Sequence record: OR791690.1
Length of the DNA stretch: 55,571 nucleotides
Direction: 5' to 3' (one strand)
Source of the DNA: Escherichia phage vB_EcoM_JL1
Positions 9,647-19,193 of the stretch are shown here, piece after piece. The translations under genes were made by a program, and so were the position numbers. The notes beneath the pieces were generated by a model that had not been told where the DNA came from, did no database searches, and saw only the letters and a list, made by a program, of their open reading frames with translations. Positions within the stretch are counted from its first letter, which is position 1, and every line of letters starts with the position of its first letter.

Positions 9647-10804
9647 TTATACCGTTACGTCAGTGTAAGTTATGTTGGCAGCAACACCACGAGCACGCTT
9701 ATCAATATCCAAATCAATGGTTGCTGTTCCAGTTGGGTTTGGAGCAATACCAATAAACAGGGAATCAATTTCAAGCGACTGTGTTGCAGCCATGATAGGA
9801 GCAAACATGTTAGACCATACTACACTCTGCCCTGGTTGCAGGGAGTTGAGATAGTTAACAGTTGCTTCGGTCAATTGACGAATAGCATCGTTAGAACTCA
9901 AGTTGGCATTTGCACGTCGACGGAACGTACCTTTGACATAAATGTCAGTGTAAGTTGGTCGGCTGAAATGAATATCGTGCGGATAGCCTTTTGAGTCTGC
10001 CACAGTGATTGTGATATTGCCGTGCGTAGGAACGCCACCAGTTTTGGCATTATAGATTCGACGTGCAATATCGTTATTGGTGCCGCCATCAACTACAACA
10101 AATACAGTGCCCGAAGGCTGATTGCCAATAGGAGAGCCGGTATCATTATCACGAACACGAATGTAATCAATATCGAGGTCAGCGAGTGAAGCATAGATTG
10201 CTTCGACTGTGGCTGTGCTACTAACTGCCGTGGTCCTTTCTCGACGCGCACGGAGTTGTGGGTCTGGTTCGTAGTTAACACCTGTTTCTCCAGCTGTTTC
10301 ATTGTTAACAGAAGTCCAACCAGCAACAGGAGTTACGATTTTGTTGATGGTCTTTGGTGCGATATAATACTCACCTGGCTCTTCTGCAATAACAGTTACG
10401 TCACCTGGGAGTGTTACGTCTGTGTCCAGTACGAAGCGCATGGTCCCATCTGTTACAACAGAGCCAGCAGGAACAACAGTTCCCACATCACCATTACATA
10501 GAACAGTTGCTTGTGAAGGCTTGTCAACATATCGGACAGTGTTTGTTAACTCACAAACGTTATCCAATCCAACACCAGATACAGCACCTGGACGGAATGC
10601 GTTGAACACCTGCTCAGCCTGTTCCCAGCACGAAGCTATTTCGTCTGCCATAATTCCAATGTATTGCCCATCAGGGGATTCCGGACTTATATCAAAGTTG
10701 GAACCAAATGCGGCAATAAATTTATTATTAAGGCTTGATACAACGTCGGCCACAGGCTTACGAACAAAGCCGTTCTCTGTTACGCCGTATTTGATTGTTG
10801 CCAT
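9647..10804 (-). CDS. Baseplate J-like protein (Mu gp47-like)
   Basis: 385 aa; size and position after W-like and spike genes. Confidence 0.45.
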   Translation of the reverse strand: MATIKYGVTENGFVRKPVADVVSSLNNKFIAAFGSNFDISPESPDGQYIGIMADEIASCWEQAEQVFNAFRPGAVSGVGLDNVCELTNTVRYVDKPSQATVLCNGDVGTVVPAGSVVTDGTMRFVLDTDVTLPGDVTVIAEEPGEYYIAPKTINKIVTPVAGWTSVNNETAGETGVNYEPDPQLRARRERTTAVSSTATVEAIYASLADLDIDYIRVRDNDTGSPIGNQPSGTVFVVVDGGTNNDIARRIYNAKTGGVPTHGNITITVADSKGYPHDIHFSRPTYTDIYVKGTFRRRANANLSSNDAIRQLTEATVNYLNSLQPGQSVVWSNMFAPIMAATQSLEIDSLFIGIAPNPTGTATIDLDIDKRARGVAANITYTDVTV

Positions 10805-11151
10805 GTTAAGAATTCCGTAATGTCGCCATAGTCAGACAAGGCAGTAAAGGAGATTCCAAGTTTTCTATCTCGGTAGTCTGCATCAATATCTATGGATATT
10901 AGTTGCTGAACACCAGCAGTTCCTCGGATAATATTGGCTATTGCTGCCTCAATATCCGAAGGACGAACTTGCTTGGTAAAGATTGCTTCGAACCACGGTA
11001 AGCCCAACGAATTGTCGAGCTTCCATTCGCCGAATATTGTCAGCAATCTGCATTTAACCAATTGAGCGACTTGAGCAGCACCTGAAATACGAGTTGTTCC
11101 CCGACCAATGATAATGTCGTGGTTTGAATCAAGAGCTAAATTTCCAGCCAT
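10780..11151 (-). CDS. Baseplate protein (gp25/W or Mu gp46-like)
   Basis: 123 aa; position between spike and J-like genes. Confidence 0.4.
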   Translation of the reverse strand: MAGNLALDSNHDIIIGRGTTRISGAAQVAQLVKCRLLTIFGEWKLDNSLGLPWFEAIFTKQVRPSDIEAAIANIIRGTAGVQQLISIDIDADYRDRKLGISFTALSDYGDITEFLTWQQSNTA

Positions 11152-11966
11152 TATTTCATCGGCCCAACATCGCCGCCTTCTGGGTTAGTGTGAGTGTGGC
11201 CATCAACCTTAATACCATTAAGAGTGAGGGAACCAGTTTGAACCATGTTACCATCCATCTTAAAGTTGCCAGTGAACGTTGCAGTGGAGCCATCTTTAGT
11301 CCCAGATACAGCCATGCCGCCCATCACTGTTAAGGATTTTGTAACGGTCGTGTCGCCATCCAATGTAATCTGCGGCGCTTTAACTGTAGCTTGCGACGTA
11401 ACTTCAACAAGAATCTCCGAATCTTTTGTGATTTGAATCTTCGCAGCGCCAGTAATGATTTCAATTAAACCGTCACCGTGCAGTGTCAGTCTTTGGCTTC
11501 TGTCTGCATTACGCAGTTCTGCTACTCCACCATTAAATCCTGGAATAACTTTGGTCAAAGGTTGAGTCCCGATAGTGCATACAGCAGCATTGTGGGAAAA
11601 CAATTGGCTAAATTCTGGAGCAGGTCGCCCATTTACTAAGCCAGCACTACTCTTGTTCTGTGAAAGCCAATGGTCTATTCCTCGCTGTGAGAAATGGACA
11701 TAGCATGGGGTTCCATCTGGAACTGGATGAGTTAAACTCCAGCCGCCACCCTGAATAAACTGAACAGGAACACCCTGCAACCGTTGTTTTGGATGCAAGG
11801 TATAGGCTTCGGCATAACCCACGAACAAGTTTTCGATTGCAAGCTGGACTTCGCAAGTCTGTGTTACGGCATCGAAATTGTAGATGTGTCCTGGATAACT
11901 TGTGTTAATGTCAGGAGCATTTTGGTTATTGTTATGACTAGCCACGTTCGAGTACACTCTCGTCAA
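11151..11966 (-). CDS. Baseplate central spike (P2 gpV / Mu gp45-like)
   Basis: C-terminal apex motif VDGHTHTNPEGGDVGP typical of spike tips. Confidence 0.55.
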   Translation of the reverse strand: MTRVYSNVASHNNNQNAPDINTSYPGHIYNFDAVTQTCEVQLAIENLFVGYAEAYTLHPKQRLQGVPVQFIQGGGWSLTHPVPDGTPCYVHFSQRGIDHWLSQNKSSAGLVNGRPAPEFSQLFSHNAAVCTIGTQPLTKVIPGFNGGVAELRNADRSQRLTLHGDGLIEIITGAAKIQITKDSEILVEVTSQATVKAPQITLDGDTTVTKSLTVMGGMAVSGTKDGSTATFTGNFKMDGNMVQTGSLTLNGIKVDGHTHTNPEGGDVGPMK

Positions 11967-12300
11967 TAATGAATAGGTAGAGTTGTCGGTAGCTTGTTAC
12001 TTCTTCGCCAGGGAATACTGTGTTGGCTGCATACATGTTTGGGAGCGGAGTCTTGTATTGCTTAAGAATATCAATACCGCATCGAATAGGGATTCCGAAT
12101 ATCTTATTCGTGGCTCCCCAAGCTAAGTCAAACATGTAGCAGTTTAAGGGTTCGTTTAAGTACAGTGCAGACATTTTAACTGTCACACCATTAAACTCAA
12201 ACGACACATCTTTCCTTATATTGTAAGGAACACTCTTAACGTATCCGGTGGGCAGAAGGTCAGCAATTTGCTTTAGAGCTTGTTGTTCCTGCTCAATCAT
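11938..12300 (-). CDS. Hypothetical tail/baseplate protein
   Basis: 120 aa minus-strand ORF in baseplate cluster. Confidence 0.4.
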   Translation of the reverse strand: MIEQEQQALKQIADLLPTGYVKSVPYNIRKDVSFEFNGVTVKMSALYLNEPLNCYMFDLAWGATNKIFGIPIRCGIDILKQYKTPLPNMYAANTVFPGEEVTSYRQLYLFIIDESVLERG

Positions 12301-13184
12301 AAGATACGCCCCTTGATAGAAGAAAGTGGAGAAGCAAGTTCACTCAACTTACCTTTCAAGTTGGATAACTGTTTGGTTGGAAGAGTGCCAAGAGCACCGA
12401 GTCCTGGAAGTGGAACACCACCAAGAACACCCATACCCAAACTTTGAGCAACCTTCGCAAATTCAGAATAGTCAGACATTGATTCCATTGCTTTACGAGC
12501 TTCGCTGGCAAGAGCATCTTCATCAACTGTCTGCAATTCTTCAAACAAGATTTCAACTGACAACATTGCAGAAGTCATCTTATCATGTTTGGTTTTGATT
12601 GAGGTTACTACACAATTCAAATAAGGTCCCAGAATGGTGGAGATGTATAACTTCTGCCCCGTAACACGGAAGCTGTTAAACAAATCGTAGGTAGACTGGA
12701 TTCGGTTGCTTGTTTCAAATGCAGAAGCAACGCCACCAGCAATTCCACCAAGGATGGGAATGATTGGGCTATTGAAGATTGCGCCAGAAGCAACAGATAA
12801 ACCTTGTACAGATGCAGACCACATGGAGGAGTTCTGCATGTTGACAGCAACAGCGGTCAGCTTAAGTACCCTGTTCTGGTTAATAACATGGTCACTAACC
12901 ATGAAGCCAGAACTAACAGGGAACTTGGTTACAGTTGTTTCAGACGCATGTTCTTCACTAACCATTGCATCAAATTTAAAAGAGTTAAAACTTTCGGTGG
13001 CAGCTTCACCAACAATAGGCAAGCTCTCAAGCGATTTCGCAAATCCACCAAACAGCCCAGATTCCTCTTCCTTCTGAGATGCAGGTCCATTGGACCACAT
13101 GACAATAGATGGATGATGCCCGTAGCTGAAATTCTTCAAGCCGGAGGACACACCACCAATGAGGTCGGTATCAAAGATAGACAT
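12297..13184 (-). CDS. Baseplate hub / tail protein (putative)
   Basis: 295 aa; position downstream of tape measure. Confidence 0.4.
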   Translation of the reverse strand: MSIFDTDLIGGVSSGLKNFSYGHHPSIVMWSNGPASQKEEESGLFGGFAKSLESLPIVGEAATESFNSFKFDAMVSEEHASETTVTKFPVSSGFMVSDHVINQNRVLKLTAVAVNMQNSSMWSASVQGLSVASGAIFNSPIIPILGGIAGGVASAFETSNRIQSTYDLFNSFRVTGQKLYISTILGPYLNCVVTSIKTKHDKMTSAMLSVEILFEELQTVDEDALASEARKAMESMSDYSEFAKVAQSLGMGVLGGVPLPGLGALGTLPTKQLSNLKGKLSELASPLSSIKGRIL

Positions 13185-14296
13185 TAAAATGACTCCATTG
13201 CCATTCCACTGTTAGCATACATTTCCTGCCACGCAGCTTCCTTACCACCCATCATTGTATTGCCACCCAATATTGCAGTGATTGATGTTTGATAAATGGT
13301 TGAGTGGGTCGAGCCTTTATGCACAACTTCCATGATAAAATATTTGTCTTCAACAGCCCACCGGAATACGGACTGGTCTGTGTTAAGAACAATACCTTCC
13401 CCTGAAACAGAAGTTACACCGTTAGCAAGCAACTTCTTCTTACCGAGCAAAGGAGATACATCAAGAATCATACCTGGTTGGAAAGATGGGTTTAGGAATG
13501 TATTTAAAGTGTAGGTGCAGATTCCAGCAACAGGGTTGCCAATAACAGAGTCTTCATCCAGCTGGACTGGCTCTCTGTCTTTAGACATTCTGTTTACAGC
13601 ATCTTTATCACCAAAGGTATCTGGGAAGATTTGCACTTCACCAGTTGTAACAGTGTATAACAAATTGTATTCGCCAAGCATGTTGCGAAATTCGTGTAAG
13701 AATGTGTCATGGAACACACGCCCACGAGGCATCACTGTTTCAAGGACCGAATCTTCAACACCAAATGTAGAGATGGTATTGAACCCATAGTCAGAACACA
13801 TTGAGCGCATTGCATCAATGAGTTTGGTTCCAGGCTTGATTGCAGTCAACTGTTTGAAATCAGTGGATGCACCATATGCCTTGGAAATACAAAACAATTG
13901 TGTTACATGTTCAGGAGGCTTTCTATAACCAACTGCGTTTGTAATAATCCCGGAGAAGATGGTTGGTAGTGATGTAGACATTGTTACGCGGTCACTCTGT
14001 TCAGCCTTCTGGCCAAACTTCTTAGCACCGCCACTAGAAGTCCCGCCACTAGAGTCTGAACGTTCATCTTCTGCATACCCTGCACGAATTTCAATATACA
14101 TATCTCCGTAGGACTTGTCTTGGAGGAACTTAACTTCTTCTAACGACAAGTTAAACAGAGTTATGTTTGCTGTATCGGCGGGCCACCCAACAGTAGAACG
14201 GACTTCAAAATCAATACGATGTGATTTAAATACCGTCCGAATACTTGGGTCTTCTTTACGTGAAACTATTACTTCAACTCTGCGAAGCCACGGCAT
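13184..14296 (-). CDS. Tail protein (DNA-circulation-protein-like by position)
   Basis: 370 aa; immediately downstream of tape measure gene. Confidence 0.4.
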   Translation of the reverse strand: MPWLRRVEVIVSRKEDPSIRTVFKSHRIDFEVRSTVGWPADTANITLFNLSLEEVKFLQDKSYGDMYIEIRAGYAEDERSDSSGGTSSGGAKKFGQKAEQSDRVTMSTSLPTIFSGIITNAVGYRKPPEHVTQLFCISKAYGASTDFKQLTAIKPGTKLIDAMRSMCSDYGFNTISTFGVEDSVLETVMPRGRVFHDTFLHEFRNMLGEYNLLYTVTTGEVQIFPDTFGDKDAVNRMSKDREPVQLDEDSVIGNPVAGICTYTLNTFLNPSFQPGMILDVSPLLGKKKLLANGVTSVSGEGIVLNTDQSVFRWAVEDKYFIMEVVHKGSTHSTIYQTSITAILGGNTMMGGKEAAWQEMYANSGMAMESF

Positions 14297-14369
14297 TGCA
14301 ATATACCTATTGAAATTAATACATATTCAACTAATGTAAAAGGAAAGCTGGGGATTTCTCCCCAACTCC

Positions 14370-17300
14370 TTACCTTCTTTGTTGCGCACCGTTGTTCATG
14401 TTCATTTGTTGGGTCACAGTCTGACCACCAGGAATTGCCACTGTAGCAGAAGCAGTCTGGTTGTTGACCTTAGCATCAATCTTGACATTAACAACAGTTT
14501 GGGTTTGACCGTATGACATTCCATTACGGGTAAACCCTGTAGCACCTTCATCCAAGCCTTTGGAAGACTTAGCCCACTCACGATATGCTTTAACTCGCTT
14601 CTGAGCCTGAGCTGGAACAGCATTAAGCCAATCCATCCCAAACTTATCGACAGCCTTGTCAACAGTTCTGGGGCCATCCGTGTAAGCAGCCATTGCTTTC
14701 TCGTGGTCGCCACCATAACGCTTGTACATTGCATCGTACAATTCACGACCAACACGAGCATCTTCTTCAGGACTTCCATCAGAAGGTTTGATTCCATAAC
14801 CTGGGTCACGAGCAGTGGAAGGAAGAACCTGCATGATTCCACGAGCACCAGTTGGGCTTGTAACTCGTGTGCCATCCTTGTTGTATTCCCTCCCACCAGA
14901 TTCTTCCTTGGCTATGAAGTCATACACATTTGCAGCAACTTGGCGAGCTTGGCTGTAACCAGAGTTGGCAGCACCAGCAGCAGTGCTTCCAGCTTCGAAC
15001 AGTGCAGCACCGTGAGATAACACACTTTGTGGCACGTTATGCCCTGGCAGGAGCTGTGCGCGCTCCACCTGCAACATTTCTGACTGAGCCATACCTTCGG
15101 CAAAGTCAGAGTTTCTACCCGCTTCTACCACCGAACCTGCTCGCTCATGGCTGTATTCCGTGCGGTCGTAGGCTCGCGCCATCCCATTCAGGCCAGCCAT
15201 TTCGGCAGCACCTGCGATACGGGCCTGACTCCAGCCACGCTCCTTGCCCCTTTCCTGCATGATGCGAGCTAGGGCCACAGGGTCGCCGCCTGTCGCACGA
15301 ATATCGCCTATGGTGAGCAATCCCCTACTGCCGCGAACGATGTTCACAGCGGCGCTGGGGTCGCCGTTAAGCATGGTATTGTAGGCACTATGTGTGGTTT
15401 GATTCAGACGCGCAGCTTGTTGTGAGTTAAGCCCTAACATCTCCAAGCCTTGCGACATGGAGGAGTATTCATTAGGATTCATAACACCAGCATCAAGCGA
15501 GTTGCCGATAAAGTCATTCATGTATTCAGCAGCTTCATTGCCAATCTGAATAGCACCAATGCCTACAGCAGCCATACGTCCAGCAGGAGTTGCCATCAAT
15601 GCTTGCATAACTCCGTTGGTTGCTGAACCAATACTGCCGCCAGCAATTCCAGCAGCTAGTGAACCACCCATGCGACCATAGTCATCATAGTAGTTGCCAC
15701 CACTTGTGAAGTTACCGCCACGACCACCACCACCGCCAGAATATCCACCGCCATTGGCAGCATCAAATCTTTCGCGGTCCCAACCCATTGAATCGGCTTT
15801 GCCGTTAAAGTCTGCGTCTGCACTAATACCCTTCTGCCTGTTTTCTTCCTGAGCAGCAAGGATACCTTTCTTAACAGACAATGCCATAGAGTCATTTCCA
15901 GTATCACCGTTTCCTGTGGTTGCTGGAAAGTTTTGCTCGTGCATTACAAAGTTTGGCTTGTAGTCAGAATAAGATGCTTCTGGATTGTACGAGGAGCGTG
16001 AACCAATAAACGGGTCTTCTGGAGTACCAGCAGCAGCAGAATAGCCACGAGTGGACTTTTGACGAATATCCTTCCAGATTCCATCGCCAGTCATTGCACT
16101 TCTTGCACCAGCAATTAGCTCTTCTCGCTCTAATCCAGCATTGTTTCTAACAAACTCTCGCCCAGCATCAAGACGACCAAGCACAGAATCAAGGCGATTT
16201 CGGTTTCTTTCGTACCATCCCTCGTCCTTCTCAATCCATTGTGAACGTGTTTCGTCGTTGATGGTTTGTGAGAACAAAGCACGAGAACGGCCAGAAACGT
16301 GCATACCAAATTGAATTTGGTCCATGTAGTCTGGATGGTCGCCTTTAAGAAGGTCAGCAAACTTACCAGCCCTTTGCGGATTCTTGTGCTCCCAAATGGC
16401 ATCATCCCCAATAAGACCATCAGGAGAATACATGAAGGCGGGATAGTTGTCATTTGTTATAGCGCCAGTTTGTTTGATATCGAATCCAAATTCCTTACCA
16501 ACACGAGCGCGTGCTTCTTCTTCCGTCCTGTGACCATCAGCGAACATCTTCTTAGTGAAATCGCTGTGCTCTTTACTGCGGGATAGGCCAATCTTATCAA
16601 TCATCCCAGCCCAAGGTCGGGTATATGGGTTGTTTCCTAAGAAGGTTCCAACAGTTGAGCCAGTTATGTCATAATTTTTACGGAAGTCCAGCCACTCTTG
16701 GCTGCCCTGTTCTAAGTCATGGAATCGGACGGGGGACTCGGAACGTCCTGTACCATAGTCTGATACATCACGGAATCCAGCACTATCCATATTTGCAATC
16801 GCAAGTTCCTCACGACGCATTCTTGCAGAGTTCCAATTGGTGGCCTCTCCAAGTTGTGCTGTAAAATCTGTAGATGTTGACAGTGAATCTTTATCGACTC
16901 GCTGTGAAGCTCCCTTCATCTTTGGAATGCGAACAGGTTCGGCATCCATTTTGTCGTAAGTGTTTTCGAGAATAGCTCGAACACTTGATGCAGAATAAGC
17001 TGGCTCATCTGCAAGTTCAGAACGAAGGTTTTCGTATCCGCTTCTGGCTTCTTCCAAATCTGTGTAGCGTGTTGCACTATCCATAATCATGTCACGGTCA
17101 GATACTTCGTGACGAGTATTCAGCATCCCTTTGGAGCCAGAATAAACTTTGGCAGCAGATTTAACAGCTTCACTAATAGAAGAATACAAAGCCTTGCTCG
17201 GCTCGCTCCAACCTGTGCCACCAGTTAGTGATGCAGTGAGGGAGTATTCTGGGTTTATGCCAGAACCATAAGAGCCAAGAGGAAGTCCAGATGCGTTAAG

Positions 17301-18098
17301 TGGTGCACGAGGATGTGCAATGCCAGAAACAATTGAAGGAGAACCAATCTGAGGGAGTGCATCCATGTAAGAAATATGTGGGGCCGATTTATTTCCTACA
17401 TTAGATGCAGAGGTATACCCAACTTCCTTAAAGGCTGCGGGTAACTCTTGTTCCAGACGTTTGGCAACTCGACTAATGTCTCTTGCGTATTGTTCATGAT
17501 TGCTGTATTGCTCACGGTCAACATACATGTGGGCCATGTAGTTATAGGAGTCAGCAATGTTTCCACGGTTGGTGGAGTATTCTGCCATAATATCGCCAGC
17601 ATAATGGCCTGGGATTTCCGGCATAATGTCTTGATGCCCTTGCAAAGTATCTCGCATATAGGCATTAAGCATATTGAAACTACCTTGCGGTAAGTTCGGA
17701 TTTGGCTTTGGCATGTGCATCCACACATCATCTGTGCTAACGCCAAGCCTTTCCATGTATGCGTGAACAGCTTCTACATGGTGTGATGGGCCATTCATTG
17801 CTGCATGAAATGCTTCTGTGTAGCCTGCACTTGAAAGCACTTGTGCAATGTGGGCAGCGTCTGAAATCATGGAAGAGTCACCCAAAGATTCAGTAATTAA
17901 ACTGTCATCTTCGAACGACCCGCCCATTAATTCTGCATTTGTATCCAGCCATCCCGAAGCAGCGCTCGCACTAAGTTGTTGAACCATGTGCGACTTCTTC
18001 ATACCAGCGTGGAAAGTCAGACCGCTTTGAGAGCCTAATGCAATTAACTCATTAACGCTCAACTTCATTAAATCTTTTTGATTAGCCATTGTCTTCAT
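14370..18098 (-). CDS. Tape-measure-like tail protein (1242 aa) with embedded YqaJ-type PD-(D/E)XK nuclease domain and C-terminal lytic transglycosylase (SLT) domain
   Basis: position between chaperone and baseplate genes; QGSQEWLDFRKNYDITGS ... SPDGLIGDDAIWEHKNP (YqaJ-like); Gly-rich and hydrophobic segments; ESGG ... GIMQV near C-terminus (SLT). Confidence 0.7.
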   Translation of the reverse strand: MKTMANQKDLMKLSVNELIALGSQSGLTFHAGMKKSHMVQQLSASAASGWLDTNAELMGGSFEDDSLITESLGDSSMISDAAHIAQVLSSAGYTEAFHAAMNGPSHHVEAVHAYMERLGVSTDDVWMHMPKPNPNLPQGSFNMLNAYMRDTLQGHQDIMPEIPGHYAGDIMAEYSTNRGNIADSYNYMAHMYVDREQYSNHEQYARDISRVAKRLEQELPAAFKEVGYTSASNVGNKSAPHISYMDALPQIGSPSIVSGIAHPRAPLNASGLPLGSYGSGINPEYSLTASLTGGTGWSEPSKALYSSISEAVKSAAKVYSGSKGMLNTRHEVSDRDMIMDSATRYTDLEEARSGYENLRSELADEPAYSASSVRAILENTYDKMDAEPVRIPKMKGASQRVDKDSLSTSTDFTAQLGEATNWNSARMRREELAIANMDSAGFRDVSDYGTGRSESPVRFHDLEQGSQEWLDFRKNYDITGSTVGTFLGNNPYTRPWAGMIDKIGLSRSKEHSDFTKKMFADGHRTEEEARARVGKEFGFDIKQTGAITNDNYPAFMYSPDGLIGDDAIWEHKNPQRAGKFADLLKGDHPDYMDQIQFGMHVSGRSRALFSQTINDETRSQWIEKDEGWYERNRNRLDSVLGRLDAGREFVRNNAGLEREELIAGARSAMTGDGIWKDIRQKSTRGYSAAAGTPEDPFIGSRSSYNPEASYSDYKPNFVMHEQNFPATTGNGDTGNDSMALSVKKGILAAQEENRQKGISADADFNGKADSMGWDRERFDAANGGGYSGGGGGRGGNFTSGGNYYDDYGRMGGSLAAGIAGGSIGSATNGVMQALMATPAGRMAAVGIGAIQIGNEAAEYMNDFIGNSLDAGVMNPNEYSSMSQGLEMLGLNSQQAARLNQTTHSAYNTMLNGDPSAAVNIVRGSRGLLTIGDIRATGGDPVALARIMQERGKERGWSQARIAGAAEMAGLNGMARAYDRTEYSHERAGSVVEAGRNSDFAEGMAQSEMLQVERAQLLPGHNVPQSVLSHGAALFEAGSTAAGAANSGYSQARQVAANVYDFIAKEESGGREYNKDGTRVTSPTGARGIMQVLPSTARDPGYGIKPSDGSPEEDARVGRELYDAMYKRYGGDHEKAMAAYTDGPRTVDKAVDKFGMDWLNAVPAQAQKRVKAYREWAKSSKGLDEGATGFTRNGMSYGQTQTVVNVKIDAKVNNQTASATVAIPGGQTVTQQMNMNNGAQQRR

Positions 18099-18257
18099 CT
18101 ACTGGTTCGAGTTTCTTACGCAAATCGAGAATGTCGTGGAATAGCAATAAGTCCATAATCGAATAGGTTCCATCTTGCAATTCATGTAACTTGCAGAGAG
18201 AACTGTCTTCGATTATAGGACGATGCAGAAAATATTTTATGTCGGGGAACAGGGATA

Positions 18258-18716
18258 CTAAACTGTCTCCGGACTCGAATTCTTCTGCTCTGCCAGCTTG
18301 GATGCTTCCTCCGCCTCCAATCGTCTCTGTTCGTTGATTTCGAGCCCTTGCTTGAAAAAATCAAGGAAGTTTGCTTCGAGCACGAAAGCAAAGACATGGC
18401 AAGACAACATCAATTCGCCATTAAACTGCATATCATATAATGCAGGTTTGATTTCTTGTCCATCTATGGACGAGTGCATGCTGATAACACGCTTAAACAA
18501 TTCTGTGAATACGGTATGCTCCACTTGCTGCATCAAGTATATAATATCAGCGAAGTTATATTTACCTTCGATGAATGGGAATACTCGTGAGCCTAGCTTG
18601 CTTACCAACTCCGCGTGAAGAGACAGTGCAGCCGAAGCCGACAATTGTCGAACAACGACTAACACTGTTTCGCCTTTGGAGTTTGTGAATTCACGTTGAA
18701 GCAATTCACAAGCCAT
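18258..18716 (-). CDS. Tail assembly chaperone (putative)
   Basis: 152 aa between tube and tape measure genes. Confidence 0.4.
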   Translation of the reverse strand: MACELLQREFTNSKGETVLVVVRQLSASAALSLHAELVSKLGSRVFPFIEGKYNFADIIYLMQQVEHTVFTELFKRVISMHSSIDGQEIKPALYDMQFNGELMLSCHVFAFVLEANFLDFFKQGLEINEQRRLEAEEASKLAEQKNSSPETV

Positions 18717-18727
18717 ACTTACTCCAA

Positions 18728-19183
18728 TTAAACGCCAATCTCCGGATAAGAGCCAGTCTTAATCTGGAGGCGCTCTACAAAGATAGACCACACGTTAGAC
18801 GTGAAGGACACACCACGCTGAATTGCAGGTTGCTGCAAGATAGCGCCGTTTACACCATTGACCAGCACATCACCCATCTTGTCAACAATCTGAATCTGGA
18901 GCGGTTGCCACAGAGATTTGTTGCCAGACAGACCAGTTGCCTGAGTTAACTGAGCACGGCTGTACAGGATTTCGTTCCAGTCTGCGGTTTGCAGAAGCGG
19001 GAAAGTAATAGTACCAGACAAGTCCGCCGTAGTAGCTACAGCCAACTTACCATACGCGTCAATAACAGGCAGGTGTTGAGGTGCGTTACGACGGGCAGTG
19101 ATGATGGAGTTACCAGAAGTAAAACCATCTACACGAGCACCGTCGATAATGAGGTCGGTATTATAGAAAGAATATTGTTTCAC
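18728..19183 (-). CDS. Tail tube protein (putative)
   Basis: 151 aa directly downstream of sheath gene. Confidence 0.45.
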   Translation of the reverse strand: MKQYSFYNTDLIIDGARVDGFTSGNSIITARRNAPQHLPVIDAYGKLAVATTADLSGTITFPLLQTADWNEILYSRAQLTQATGLSGNKSLWQPLQIQIVDKMGDVLVNGVNGAILQQPAIQRGVSFTSNVWSIFVERLQIKTGSYPEIGV

Positions 19184-19193
19184 TTATCGCACC

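Noticed and set aside
14414-14896. 160-aa ORF inside the tape measure gene in another frame
   Set aside because: Fully embedded in a well-supported long ORF; Leu/Arg-rich out-of-frame artefact
18182-18397. Possible programmed frameshift in the tail chaperone gene (overlapping ORF 18182..18397)
   Set aside because: No X_XXY_YYZ slippery heptamer near the end of 18258..18716, and the overlapping frame encodes an Arg-rich low-complexity peptide typical of an out-of-frame read
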